A DNA stretch of 58,123 nucleotides from contig JAKQIZ010000075.1 of the NCBI GenBank assembly GCA_029561465.1, positions 1 through 58,123 on the forward strand. The letters are read 5' to 3'. This document shows positions 48,528 to 58,123 of the stretch, in pieces (the first letter of the stretch is position 1; every line of letters begins with the position of its first letter). The notes beneath the pieces were generated by a model. That model did no database searches. It saw only the letters and a program-made list of their open reading frames with translations, and had not been told where the DNA came from. Source of the stretch: Deltaproteobacteria bacterium (GTDB lineage: Bacteria; Desulfobacterota; Syntrophia; Syntrophales; UBA8958). Position numbers and translations under genes: made by a program.

Positions 48528-48983
48528 ATGACGAGAATCTTGATTGTCTATCACACTCAGACGGGGAACACGGAAAAGATGGCCCAAGCGGTGGCGGTGG
48601 GGGCCCGGGCCATCAAGGATACGGAAGTAGTTTGCAAACGGGCCGCTGATGCCACCCTGGAGGATCTCCTGACCGCCGACGGTCTGGCGGTGGGCACCCC
48701 CGAGAACTTTGGGTACATGTCGGGAATGATAAAGGATTTCTTTGACCGAACCTATTATCCCGCCCAGGACAAGGTCTTCCGCAAGCCCTATGTGGTGTTC
48801 ATCAGCGCCGGAAATGACGGTACGGGGGCACTCAAGGCCATCGAGCGTATTGCCCTGGGCTACAAATTCAAGCCGGTCTATAATCCCGTCATCGCCCGGG
48901 GACAGGTCACGCCGGAGATCCTGGCCCAGTGCCGCGAACTGGGCGGTGTCCTCGCCGGGGGCTGCCAGGCGGGGATCTTCTGA
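48528..48983 (+). CDS. Flavodoxin family (WrbA-like) protein
   Basis: ILIVYHTQTGNTEKMA, GTPENFGYMSG. Confidence 0.88.
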   Translation: MTRILIVYHTQTGNTEKMAQAVAVGARAIKDTEVVCKRAADATLEDLLTADGLAVGTPENFGYMSGMIKDFFDRTYYPAQDKVFRKPYVVFISAGNDGTGALKAIERIALGYKFKPVYNPVIARGQVTPEILAQCRELGGVLAGGCQAGIF

Positions 48984-48990
48984 ACGAAAC

Positions 48991-50265
48991 CTAAAATTCT
49001 ATCATCCGGAAGAAAAGCCTTCGGCAGGTTGTTTCCAATTCTTTTAGAAGGCGGAATGCATCCCGAAAATCATCCCGCCCCGCGGTGAAGACGCCGTGAC
49101 CATAGACGATTGCGGCGCCGGTCTCCCGGACGGCAGGCGGAACGGTGCGGCCCAAGCCGTAGGGCCCGCCGCCGGCTTCACCGGTGACGACGGCAAAGCC
49201 GGCGATCCGGCGCTCCCGAGGACAAAAGCGGTGGCAACCACCCCGTTGGGGGCAGTCGTATTCCCGGCAGTCCAGGGAGAGGATTACGCAAAACGGCGGA
49301 TGGCCATGGAGAACGGCCCGGTACGGGGTTTCCAGGACGATGCGCCGGTGGGCGGGAAGTTCCGTCGAAGCGCCGGCGTCTTGCGGTGACGGCCCCGGCA
49401 GCGGGACGGTGATGATTCCGCCCTCCAGGTCGTCCAGGGCGCTTCCCCGGCCGGTGATGAAAAGCTCATCGCCCCGGCGATAGGAAATATTGCCGAAGCT
49501 GGCGTTTACCAGCCCCGCCGCCACGGTCCTGCGTCCAGTAGCGGCGATGGCGGTACGGATTGCCGCCTCCGTCTCGAAGGGCCCGGTCGGGAGGGGGGCG
49601 GCCGTTTCCGGCGGAGGGACGCTTCGGGAGGGGGGATCGAGATGGGGACGGATTTTCGCGACCAGGGCGCCCGTCGTTTCATCCGTTGCCGGCCGATGCC
49701 CCGGGCGCGGCAGCAGATCAAAGAAAAATTTGACAAAAACAGCGAAACAGACGGCGCTGTATATGACAATTGCCGTATCCAAGTCCCTCTTGGCCGTGGC
49801 GACGATCGTCCCGTCCGGAGTGACGACGACCCGGCGCTTTTCCAGCCTCTCCGTCAGCTCTTCCTCCCCGCCGGTTTTCCATACGGGCAGGTCGGTGAGA
49901 AAGACCCGGGTTTCAAAATCCTGAGGCCGGATGATGCCGTCCGGGGCGGCGGCAAGGTAGCGGATGACGGACCGGTATGGCTCCGGCGGGGCGGCGGCGA
50001 GGATCGCCCCGCGACCCAAGCGGCGGGCCGTTTTAGCCAGCGTTGCCGTCCGGGAATCCGCCCGGTTCCAGATCATCCCGTTTCCCCGTTTTAGGGGAGC
50101 AGATGGGGCGATGATGACTCCGGCGGGGGATTGCCGCGTAGGAAGAGGATCTGAATGGACGGGAGGGGGCGCTGCCGCGCCCAGGAGCAATGTCTCCCCG
50201 TCGGCGGCAAGGCTCGCCCGGATCAGTTTTTCCTCGTGGCGGATAAAAAGTCCTAATCCATCCAT
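48991..50265 (-). CDS. Class II aldolase/adducin domain protein
   Basis: FGNISYR, ITGRG, ASTELPAH, VLHGHP, IVYGHGVF. Confidence 0.82.
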   Translation of the reverse strand: MDGLGLFIRHEEKLIRASLAADGETLLLGAAAPPPVHSDPLPTRQSPAGVIIAPSAPLKRGNGMIWNRADSRTATLAKTARRLGRGAILAAAPPEPYRSVIRYLAAAPDGIIRPQDFETRVFLTDLPVWKTGGEEELTERLEKRRVVVTPDGTIVATAKRDLDTAIVIYSAVCFAVFVKFFFDLLPRPGHRPATDETTGALVAKIRPHLDPPSRSVPPPETAAPLPTGPFETEAAIRTAIAATGRRTVAAGLVNASFGNISYRRGDELFITGRGSALDDLEGGIITVPLPGPSPQDAGASTELPAHRRIVLETPYRAVLHGHPPFCVILSLDCREYDCPQRGGCHRFCPRERRIAGFAVVTGEAGGGPYGLGRTVPPAVRETGAAIVYGHGVFTAGRDDFRDAFRLLKELETTCRRLFFRMIEF

Positions 50266-50291
50266 ATGCTCAGGAGATCATCTCCGGGCCG

Positions 50292-51323
50292 TCACCCTTG
50301 CCCGTGAGGAAGGAGGATCACCTTCAGGGCTTCGCCGCCGTCCGCCACGAGCCGGAACCCCTGCTGGGCCTCTGTCAGGGGTAGACGATGGGTGATCATC
50401 CGCTCTACGGGGACACGACCCAGGCGGATCAGCTCGATGGCCGCCACGGCGTCCTGGGGGCTGTTGCCGTAGGAGGGCATGAGCTTGATCTCGTTGCGCC
50501 AGAAGTCGTTGATCGGCACGGCCAGATCGATACCGGGCTCCGTGGTGGCGAAGCAGAGGATCGTTCCTCCCCGGTCCACACACTGGAGGGACTGGGCGAA
50601 GGCCACCGGGGCGCCGGTGCAAACGATGACCAGGTCGGCGAGGCGGCCTTCGTTGATCTGCCGCACCCAAGCTGGAATATCGTCACGGGCGTCAGCCACG
50701 GCGTCGGCGCCGAAGCGGACGGCCTGATCCCGACGATGGGCGCTGATGTCCGTGGCCATTATGTTTCCCGCTCCGGTAGCCCGGGCCAGCATGATGTGGA
50801 GAATTCCCGAGATGCCGCTGCCCAGGATAAGCACGGAACATCCGGGCTGGAGCCGGGCCAGGCGCTGTCCCCTGATGACGCAGGCCAAAGGCTCGATCAT
50901 CGCCCCGGCGGCGAAGGAGACGTTCCCGGGCAGGAGGAACGTCCCCCGATCGACGTTGAGGTGGGGAACCCGCAAATATTCGGTGAAACCGCCGGGGTCG
51001 TAGTTGGTGCCGTGGAGGGTTTCGCAGGCGGTATGACAGCCCTGGAGGCAGTACCGGCAGGTGTTGCAGGGTATATGGTGGGAGACGAAGACCCGGTCGC
51101 CCTCGCGGTAGGCGGTAACCCCGGCGCCGACCGCGACGACGGTCCCGGCGATTTCGTGGCCCAACACCAGGGGGGCCTTCTTAATCCGATACCACTCCAT
51201 GATGTCGCTGCCGCAGATCCCGCTGGCCATAACCTTGACCAGCATCTCACCGGGGCCGATGGCTGGGACGGTCAGCTCCTCGACCCGGACATCATCGTTG
51301 CGATAATACATGGCGACGCGCAT
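50292..51323 (-). CDS. Zinc-dependent (MDR) alcohol/sugar dehydrogenase
   Basis: GICGSD, GHEIAG, CNTCRYC...C, GSGISG. Confidence 0.9.
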   Translation of the reverse strand: MRVAMYYRNDDVRVEELTVPAIGPGEMLVKVMASGICGSDIMEWYRIKKAPLVLGHEIAGTVVAVGAGVTAYREGDRVFVSHHIPCNTCRYCLQGCHTACETLHGTNYDPGGFTEYLRVPHLNVDRGTFLLPGNVSFAAGAMIEPLACVIRGQRLARLQPGCSVLILGSGISGILHIMLARATGAGNIMATDISAHRRDQAVRFGADAVADARDDIPAWVRQINEGRLADLVIVCTGAPVAFAQSLQCVDRGGTILCFATTEPGIDLAVPINDFWRNEIKLMPSYGNSPQDAVAAIELIRLGRVPVERMITHRLPLTEAQQGFRLVADGGEALKVILLPHGQG

Positions 51324-51333
51324 GGTTCCTTCT

Positions 51334-52170
51334 CTATTGCTTGCCCTGCACCTTTTTCCCGCCGCTTTTCCCTCTTTTTATCTTTTCCCCTTTGAGGTCG
51401 TTGAAGAGCTCCCAGGCCGCCGCGGCGTTGAGATTGCCGTGAATGATTCCGTGCAGGGCCCGCATCATCGCCACCGGATGGGGGTTCTGCCAGACGTTTC
51501 GTCCCAGGTTGAGTCCCACGGCTCCGTTTTGCATCCCATCGTAAACGAAGTCCATGACCTCCTTTTCGGTTTCGCACTTGGGTCCACCCGCCATAACGAC
51601 GGGTACGGGACAGCCGCAAGTGACCTTGTCGAAATCCTTGCACCAGTAGGTTTTCACCACCCGGGCCCCGAGTTCGGCGGCGATGCGTGAGGCCAGGGCC
51701 AGATAGCGGGCGTCCCGTTTTTCCAGTTCTTTCCCCACGGCGGTGACGGCCATGACGGGAATGCCGAAATCCTCGCATTGATTGACAATTTCCGACAGAT
51801 TCATAAGGGATTCCCGTTCGTAATCGCTGCCCACGAAGATCGATATCCCCACGGCGGCGGCGTTCAGGCGCAGGATTTCCTCGACGGAGGTCGTCAGGGA
51901 TTCATTGGCCAAATCCTCTCCCAGGACACTGGTCCCTCCGGACACCCGAAGGATGATGGGCTTGCTGCCCACGGGGTTGACGGCGGCCCGCAGGACCCCA
52001 CGGGTGACGAACAGGGCGTCGCAGTATGGAAGCAGTGGTTTGATGGTTTCCCCCGGTTTTTCCAAACATGAGGTCGGCCCCTGAAAGTAACCGTGGTCGA
52101 TGGGTAAAAAAAAGCAGTGCCCGTCGGCCTGAATGAGCTGCGACAGGCGGTTTTCCATTCCCCAGTCCAT
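51334..52170 (-). CDS. lsrF: LsrF-like thiolase / class I aldolase
   Basis: MDWGMENRL, IDHGYFQGPT, AAELGARVVKTY, CPVPVVMAGGPK, GRNVWQ. Confidence 0.85.
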   Translation of the reverse strand: MDWGMENRLSQLIQADGHCFFLPIDHGYFQGPTSCLEKPGETIKPLLPYCDALFVTRGVLRAAVNPVGSKPIILRVSGGTSVLGEDLANESLTTSVEEILRLNAAAVGISIFVGSDYERESLMNLSEIVNQCEDFGIPVMAVTAVGKELEKRDARYLALASRIAAELGARVVKTYWCKDFDKVTCGCPVPVVMAGGPKCETEKEVMDFVYDGMQNGAVGLNLGRNVWQNPHPVAMMRALHGIIHGNLNAAAAWELFNDLKGEKIKRGKSGGKKVQGKQ

Positions 52171-52374
52171 AATCTTCCTCCCCCAAATGTTTCTTTTAAG
52201 ACGAGCATATCATATTCCCCGCCGCAAGGATAGTGGGGAATTGCCGAGTCGCCGATGGGGCCGGATTTTCGCTGGTATATGGCAGGAAAATCATATATGA
52301 TGCTTGAGAAATGTCGACTACAAGGATTTCCACGGCAACCGCCGGCGGTAAAATAACAACAGGAGCAGGAAGTC

Positions 52375-53067
52375 ATGAACAGAGAAGCCTTTCGGAAGAT
52401 AAGTTACGGCCTGTACGTAGTCAGTACCATTCAGGACGGCAAGTTCAACGGTCAAATCGCCAACAGCATGTTCCAGGTTACCTCGGAACCTTCCACCATC
52501 GCCGTGAGCATCAACAAGGAAAACCTCACCCATGCCTATATTACCTCCAGCCGGGTTTTCTCGGTATCCATCCTCGCCGAGGAGACGCCCATGACGTTTA
52601 TCGGCCTGTTCGGCTTCAAATCGGGACGGGATACGGATAAGTTCAAGAACGTCAAGTACAAGACAGGCAAAACCGGCGCCCCCATCGTCCTGGATCATGC
52701 CGTGGCCTATCTGGAGGCAAAGGTGATCCAAGAGCTGGAATGTGGTTCCCATACCATCTTCGTCGGCGAGGTGGTGGATTACGACAGCCTCGGCAACGAA
52801 GAGCCCATGACCTACGCCTATTACCATACCGTCCGGAAGGGCAAGGCGCCGAAAACGGCGCCGACCTATGAAAGGGAAGATCCGCCGGCCGCGGCGGTGA
52901 CCACGGCGTCCCGTCATATATGCTCCATCTGCGGCTATGTCTATGATCCCGTCCTGGGGGACCCGGAGCACGATGTCCCGGCGGGAACCGCTTTTGAAGA
53001 CCTGCCGGCGGATTGGACCTGCCCGGTCTGTGGAGCCGGCAAGGATCAATTCGAGCCGGAGGGATAA
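52375..53067 (+). CDS. Flavin reductase-rubredoxin fusion (high-molecular-weight rubredoxin type)
   Basis: [31 protein letters not shown]; rubredoxin [10 protein letters not shown]...WTCPVCG. Confidence 0.9.
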   Translation: MNREAFRKISYGLYVVSTIQDGKFNGQIANSMFQVTSEPSTIAVSINKENLTHAYITSSRVFSVSILAEETPMTFIGLFGFKSGRDTDKFKNVKYKTGKTGAPIVLDHAVAYLEAKVIQELECGSHTIFVGEVVDYDSLGNEEPMTYAYYHTVRKGKAPKTAPTYEREDPPAAAVTTASRHICSICGYVYDPVLGDPEHDVPAGTAFEDLPADWTCPVCGAGKDQFEPEG

Positions 53068-53088
53068 CCTCCGGCGGGTGCGGAAGCA

Positions 53089-53685
53089 ATGATTCCCCTC
53101 CTTGCCCTGTTGCTCACCGGCGGGATTTTCATCCTCTGGTTGGTTCGTAAGGGGGCGACCCTGACGGCCAGGGAGGCGTTGGTCAACTATCTCGACGCAC
53201 GCCGCCGCGGCCGCACCGAGGAAGCCTATTGTTATCTGTCCGCCGCCGCCCGGGCCGTCTGTAGCCCGGCGGAATACAAGGAGGCCAACTCACTGGGGAG
53301 CGGGCTCATTGCCGAATTAGTGGGGCGCCATGTTTCCTTTGCGGTGGAGCGGATCGAGGAAAATCCGGAGCGGGCCGTAGCGTGGGTAGCCGTCACGGCC
53401 CCGGATTTCCGCCTGATGCTAGGGGAAATCTGCCGGACCCTGGACCCCGCCCGGCTTCCGGAGGACTCGCTTGCCGCCCAGACCTTCCTATGCCGCCGGA
53501 TAAGCGGCTTCCTCGACACATATCAGCGGGACGGCCTGCCGTTGCGGACAAAGGTGGAGACCTATCTCCTGCACCGGGAGACAAACGGCTGGAAGATCGC
53601 GGCGGCGCCTCTTTCAGATGCCATTGCCTTTCCTTACCACCCGGCGGAGGCGCAGGGAGTTGCTCACTACGGAGACGGAGCTTAG
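53089..53685 (+). CDS. Membrane-anchored hypothetical protein
   Basis: N-terminal TM segment; EEAYCYLS...GWKI NTF2-like pattern; overlaps the copA 3' end. Confidence 0.55.
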   Translation: MIPLLALLLTGGIFILWLVRKGATLTAREALVNYLDARRRGRTEEAYCYLSAAARAVCSPAEYKEANSLGSGLIAELVGRHVSFAVERIEENPERAVAWVAVTAPDFRLMLGEICRTLDPARLPEDSLAAQTFLCRRISGFLDTYQRDGLPLRTKVETYLLHRETNGWKIAAAPLSDAIAFPYHPAEAQGVAHYGDGA

Positions 53686-55962
53686 GGCCATGGCGGCGGC
53701 GGCGAATTCCGGATTGAGGAGGATGCCGCCGAAGGGGTAAAGGACCCCGGCGGCGATAGGGATGCCGATGATGTTGTAGATGAAGGCCCAGAAGAGATTC
53801 TGGCGGATCACCCGCATTGTCTGGTGGGACAGGCGGATGGCCGCCGGTACGGTCCGGAGATCCTCCCGCATGAGGGTCATGTCGCCGGCCTCCATGGCCA
53901 CGTCGGCACCGGCGCCGATGGCGATGCCGATATCGGCCGCGGCCAGGGCCGGGGCGTCGTTGATGCCGTCCCCCACCATGGCCACCACCTCGCCGTTTTT
54001 CTGCAACCTGTAAATTTCCGCGGCCTTGTCTTCCGGCAGGACCTCCGCAAGCACGGTGTCGATCCGGAGGTCCGTTCCGACCGCCCGGGCCGTCCGGACG
54101 TTGTCACCGGTGATCATGGCGACCTTCAGTCCCATATCTTTAAGGGTCGCCACGGCCTCTCCGGCGGTATCTCTGGGGACATCCGACAGGCCGATGAGAC
54201 CGATGATGTCCTTGCCCCGGGCGATATAGACGCCGGTTTTACCTGCGCCGGCCAGATGCTCCTCCTGCTTTTCCCAGTTCCGGATGGTAAAACCGAAACT
54301 TTCCAGATAGCGACGGTTGCCCAGCAAGCAGGGTTGACCGGCGACGCGTCCCTGGGCCCCCAGGCCGGCAGCAGCCTCGAATGCCTCCGCTGCTTCGGCT
54401 GATAGGCCCCGCAAGCGTCCCTCCCGGACGATAGCGACGCCGAGGGGGTGCTCGGAGGCCGCTTCAATGGCCAAGGCGATCCGGAGCAACTCGTTTTCGG
54501 ACACCCCTGGTCCGGTCAGGATATCCGTTACCTGCGGTTCTCCCCGGGTGAGGGTTCCCGTCTTGTCAAAGACGACCATGGTTAGCCGACAGGCCTTTTC
54601 CAGGGCTTCGCCTCCCTTGATGAGAATGCCCCGCTCCGCCCCGAGGCCCGTGCCCACCATGACGGCCGTGGGGGTGGCGAGACCGAGGGCGCAGGGGCAG
54701 GCAATGACCAGGACGGAGACGAAGTTCAGGAGGGCCCGGCTGAAGCTGCCGTCGGGAACGAAAAAGTACCAGACGACAAAGGCCGCGATACCGATGGCGA
54801 AAACCACGGGAACGAATACCGCCGCCACCCGGTCGGCAAGGCGCTGGATGGGCGCCTTGGCGCCCTGGGCATGTTCAACGAGACCAATGATCCGCGCCAG
54901 CGCCGTTTCCGCGCCAATCTTCGTGGCGGTAAAGGTAAAGGCTCCGCTCTTGTTGATTGTGGCGGCGTAAACAGCGTGGCCCGGCTCTTTGGGGACGGGC
55001 ATGCTTTCCCCGGTGAGCATGGCTTCGTCAACGGCGGAAGACCCGGAGACGATCACGCCGTCCGTGGGGATCTTTTCGCCGGGACGGACCAGGAGGAGAT
55101 CGCCCCGGATGATACCTTCTATGGGTATATCCCTTTCCTCGCCGTTGCGGATGACCCGGGCGGTCTTAGGCCGGAGTTCCATGAGCCGCTGGATGGCCGC
55201 CGAGGTCTTCCCCTTGGCCCCGGCCTCGAGCAGGCGGCCCAGGATGATGAGGGTGACGATGAATGCGGCGCCGTCGTAATAGACGTGGGGCACGACGCCT
55301 GCCGCCGTGAACAGCGTCGGGGCGAAGGTGGCCAGGGCGGAATAGGCATAAGCGCTGAAGGCCCCGACGGCGACCAGGGTGTTCATGTCCGTGGTTCCCT
55401 GCCGGGCGGCCTTGACGGCCCCGGTAAAGAAGCGGCTGCCCACCCAGAAGACGACGGGGGTCGTGAGGATGAACATGGCGATGAGCAGCGGCGTCCGGGG
55501 CAGGGTGGCCAGGAAGGGAAACCAATGCTGCATGGAACCGAAGAAGATCACGACGCTTAGGGTCATGCCCACGGCAAACCGGCGCCTGAGATCCCAGATC
55601 TCCTCCTCCCGGGCCGCGGCGATGGGATCGGCCCGGAATTCCTCCGGGGCGCCTAAATAGTCGTAGCCCGTTGCTGTGATGGTCTTTCCCACTTCGTCCA
55701 GGCCCGCCCAGTCGGGGCGGTGGCGGAGGGTCGCCCGGCCCGTGGCGAGATTGACGGCGGCCTCTTCCACCCCCGGCAGGGACTGGAGGGCCTTCTCGAC
55801 GCGGCGCACGCAGGCCGCGCAGGTCATGCCCCCTACGGAGACCGTCGTTTCCGGCCGGTTTCCGCCGCCGCCGGCGGGGGTTCGCCGGGGGTCGTGATCG
55901 GGAGGCGCGGGCATGCTTTCCACGTACGGAGGTTCCGGTTTGATGGCCGCGGGATTTTTCAT
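53614..55962 (-). CDS. copA: Copper-translocating P1B-type ATPase
   Basis: [51 protein letters not shown]. Start uncertain. Confidence 0.95.
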   Translation of the reverse strand: MKNPAAIKPEPPYVESMPAPPDHDPRRTPAGGGGNRPETTVSVGGMTCAACVRRVEKALQSLPGVEEAAVNLATGRATLRHRPDWAGLDEVGKTITATGYDYLGAPEEFRADPIAAAREEEIWDLRRRFAVGMTLSVVIFFGSMQHWFPFLATLPRTPLLIAMFILTTPVVFWVGSRFFTGAVKAARQGTTDMNTLVAVGAFSAYAYSALATFAPTLFTAAGVVPHVYYDGAAFIVTLIILGRLLEAGAKGKTSAAIQRLMELRPKTARVIRNGEERDIPIEGIIRGDLLLVRPGEKIPTDGVIVSGSSAVDEAMLTGESMPVPKEPGHAVYAATINKSGAFTFTATKIGAETALARIIGLVEHAQGAKAPIQRLADRVAAVFVPVVFAIGIAAFVVWYFFVPDGSFSRALLNFVSVLVIACPCALGLATPTAVMVGTGLGAERGILIKGGEALEKACRLTMVVFDKTGTLTRGEPQVTDILTGPGVSENELLRIALAIEAASEHPLGVAIVREGRLRGLSAEAAEAFEAAAGLGAQGRVAGQPCLLGNRRYLESFGFTIRNWEKQEEHLAGAGKTGVYIARGKDIIGLIGLSDVPRDTAGEAVATLKDMGLKVAMITGDNVRTARAVGTDLRIDTVLAEVLPEDKAAEIYRLQKNGEVVAMVGDGINDAPALAAADIGIAIGAGADVAMEAGDMTLMREDLRTVPAAIRLSHQTMRVIRQNLFWAFIYNIIGIPIAAGVLYPFGGILLNPEFAAAAMALSSVSVVSNSLRLRRVVRKGNGI

Positions 55963-56006
55963 CTGAAAACGCCTCGACAACTATGTGAGATCATTGCATC
56001 TATTGT

Positions 56007-56048
56007 TACCCTCCCCTTCAAGGGGAGGGTTCGGGAGGGGATGGGGTC
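56007..56048. repeat. REP-like palindromic element
   Basis: ACCCTCCCCTT-C-AAGGGGAGGGT perfect hairpin followed by GGGAGGGGATGGGG. Confidence 0.6.
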
Positions 56049-56141
56049 CGGCATTTTACGAACAAGTTCTAAGCTTCGCTTTCCTCTCCCTTTGCGACGG
56101 GACACCATCAAGTGAGTTTCCTCCCGTTTTCGCTGCGGTCC

Positions 56142-56342
56142 TCACGGCGTTTCATATCCCGCCTCGGTGATGGCTTTCCGGATCCGCTCCCGGGAGACCG
56201 GTGTTTCCTCGTCAAAAGTCGCCTCCCCACGCTCCAGGCTTACCTGGACGTTCTTCACCCCCGGCAGGCCGGACAGCGCTCCGGCGACCGCCGCCACGCA
56301 GTGCCCGCAGGACATCCCCCTTATCTCGATGGTTGTTTTCAT
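56142..56342 (-). CDS. copZ: Copper chaperone (HMA domain)
   Basis: GMSCGHC, terminal AITEAGY; upstream of copA. Confidence 0.9.
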   Translation of the reverse strand: MKTTIEIRGMSCGHCVAAVAGALSGLPGVKNVQVSLERGEATFDEETPVSRERIRKAITEAGYETP

Positions 56343-56537
56343 GTTTCAACGCTCCTTTCGTCATTGATTTTAACGCCTTTTCTTGCATGGATTGCCGGTC
56401 TGGATCCTTGGGAACGGAAAAGACCGGACGCCCAGCGTGGAGTAAGTAGTATTATCTAATATACACATGAATTACAGCTTGACAAGCAACGGGCAAGACG
56501 ATTATAAAACAATCATCGTCGTTGTAAAGGATTCTCT

Positions 56538-57371
56538 ATGATCATCCGCTGTTGGGGAGCACGGGGTTCCATTCCCGTGTCGGGGCCGGAATACCTGAAA
56601 TACGGGGGCGACACCACCTGCCTCGAAATCCGGACCAAACATGACGATATAATCATCGTGGACGCCGGGTCGGGTATCAGGCGCCTCGGTAACGCCCTGA
56701 TGACGGAAGGGCGGCGGGACTACAACATGTTCTTCACCCACGCCCACTGGGATCACCTCCTGGGTTTTCCCTTCTTCAAGCCCATTTATTACCCGGGCAC
56801 CGAAATCAACATGTTTGGATGCCCCTTTGCCCAGATATCCGTCCAGGAGCTGATCTCCCAAGTGATGGCGGCGCCCCATTTTCCCATCGAATATCAGAAT
56901 ATCCGCTGCGAAATTTCCTACCATCAGACCTGCGGGGACCGCTTTTCCATCAACGAGATGACCGTGACGTCCTTCCCCCTGAGCCATCCCAACGAGGGGA
57001 TGGGATACCGCTTCGAGGAGGACGGGAAATCTTTCGTCTTTCTGACGGACAACGAATTGTCCTACATCCATCCCGGCGGCCGGGGCTTTGACGATTACGT
57101 CGGTTTTGCCGCCGGCGCCGACCTCCTCATCCACGACGCCGAATTCCGGGAAGACGACTACAAGCAGACCTGGGGGCATTCCACCTATAACGATGCCGTG
57201 CGCCTCGCCCTGGCGGCGGGAGTGAAGACCCTGGGCCTCTTCCACCACAATCAGGAGCGGACCGACGTCGGGGTGGACGACATTTTAGCGCGGAGCATTG
57301 CCATGGTTCGGGAGTGCCAGGGTTTGTTGACCTGCTGCGCCGTTTATCGGGACATGCAGTTCATCGTTTAG
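56538..57371 (+). CDS. MBL-fold metallo-hydrolase
   Basis: WGARGSIP, YGGDTTC, THAHWDH, HPN, WGHST, FHH. Confidence 0.9.
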   Translation: MIIRCWGARGSIPVSGPEYLKYGGDTTCLEIRTKHDDIIIVDAGSGIRRLGNALMTEGRRDYNMFFTHAHWDHLLGFPFFKPIYYPGTEINMFGCPFAQISVQELISQVMAAPHFPIEYQNIRCEISYHQTCGDRFSINEMTVTSFPLSHPNEGMGYRFEEDGKSFVFLTDNELSYIHPGGRGFDDYVGFAAGADLLIHDAEFREDDYKQTWGHSTYNDAVRLALAAGVKTLGLFHHNQERTDVGVDDILARSIAMVRECQGLLTCCAVYRDMQFIV

Positions 57372-57468
57372 AAGTCTTTGCAAAAACCTTCCTATCTCCA
57401 CAGCCTCGCCATGGTAGCATGAAAATCCTTCCCGGTAACTTATGCCGACTTAGGGTAAGCCCCTTCCC

Positions 57469-58123
57469 TCACCGCGGCATCAGCGCGAACACACCCCAGC
57501 CCAGGTATTGGCGCGTGTAAGCGGCGTAGCGCTCGGGTTCCGAGGTCAGTTTGGTTCGAACATCTTTCGCGAGCTCGTCGCCGGGATTGGATTCAAGCCA
57601 TCGGCGCATGGTGAGCCATTTGGCCGCCTCGTATCTGTCCCAGCCGTCTTGGTCAGCCAGAACCATTTCCACGACGTCGTGGCCAAGGCGGCCGAAAGAC
57701 GCGATAAGGTCCGGAAGCAGGAGAAAGTCGGAGATCGAGCCGGCAAGGCACCCCCTGGCAACATCTTCCGTCGGCGGCAACTGCCGCCAGTAGGGCTCGC
57801 CGATGAGGATGATCCCTCCGGCGCGCAGGCTCCGCGCCAGAAGCTCGATAGTGCCGGCGACTCCCCCGGCGATCCAAGTGGCACCGACACAGGCGGCCAC
57901 ATCGACCTTCTCGTCAGAGACATAGCCGGCAGCATCGCCATGGATGAACTTGACTCGATCGGCGACGCCGAGTTCAACAGCGCGGAGTTTCGCTTGCTCG
58001 GTGAACAACCGGCTCATGTCGACGCCGGTGCCGATGACTCCGTAATCGCGTGCCCAGGTGCACAGCATCTCCCCCGAACCGCTGCCGAGGTCGAGCACTC
58101 GGGCCCCCGATTCCAGGCGCAAC
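57469..58123 (-). CDS. Class I SAM-dependent methyltransferase (5' partial)
   Basis: VLDLGSGSG motif I, GVD, CVGATWI, IGEPYW. Confidence 0.88.
   Translation of the reverse strand, partial: LRLESGARVLDLGSGSGEMLCTWARDYGVIGTGVDMSRLFTEQAKLRAVELGVADRVKFIHGDAAGYVSDEKVDVAACVGATWIAGGVAGTIELLARSLRAGGIILIGEPYWRQLPPTEDVARGCLAGSISDFLLLPDLIASFGRLGHDVVEMVLADQDGWDRYEAAKWLTMRRWLESNPGDELAKDVRTKLTSEPERYAAYTRQYLGWGVFALMPR

Noticed and set aside
1-58123. CRISPR array, rRNA, intact IS transposase, prophage structural genes
   Set aside because: No regularly spaced repeats, rRNA-like tracts, transposase ORFs or virion genes were seen on manual reading.

Overview
Mostly GC-rich chromosomal DNA of an anaerobic bacterium. 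Gene content (Sec-type SelD, PaaK+ACT, sigma-54 amtB-glnK, flavin reductase-rubredoxin) suggests a Deltaproteobacterium, probably Syntrophales-like; this is inference. From left to right: (1) the 3' end of an RHS/YD gene and a small secreted YD+dockerin protein; (2) thrC, and selD with an in-frame UGA and a SECIS-like hairpin; (3) a DHH phosphoesterase and a frameshifted MFS gene; (4) a tightly packed minus-strand cluster: CHASE2 nucleotide cyclase, alanine racemase with a ~275-aa unknown C-terminal extension, two divergent Ddl paralogues, mlaE/F/D; (5) a ~9.3 kb tyrosine-integrase island in tRNA-Thr(CGT) carrying a secreted caspase-CsgG-like protein, recQ, a radical SAM gene, a HigBA-like pair and gene remnants; (6) a nitrogen cluster (amtB, glnK, TorF-like porin, small membrane protein) with two sigma-54 motifs; (7) a DEAD-box helicase behind a highly structured leader; (8) housekeeping and metal/redox genes. 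The best candidate for an undescribed system is the cyclase-Alr(extension)-Ddl/Ddl-Mla cluster. One Ddl carries both substitutions (S150C- and Y216F-equivalent) associated with D-Ala-D-Lac ligation, and the other has an altered metal-binding motif. The second-best candidate is the pseudoknotted RNA leader of the helicase. All calls come from manual motif reading; no database searches were run.
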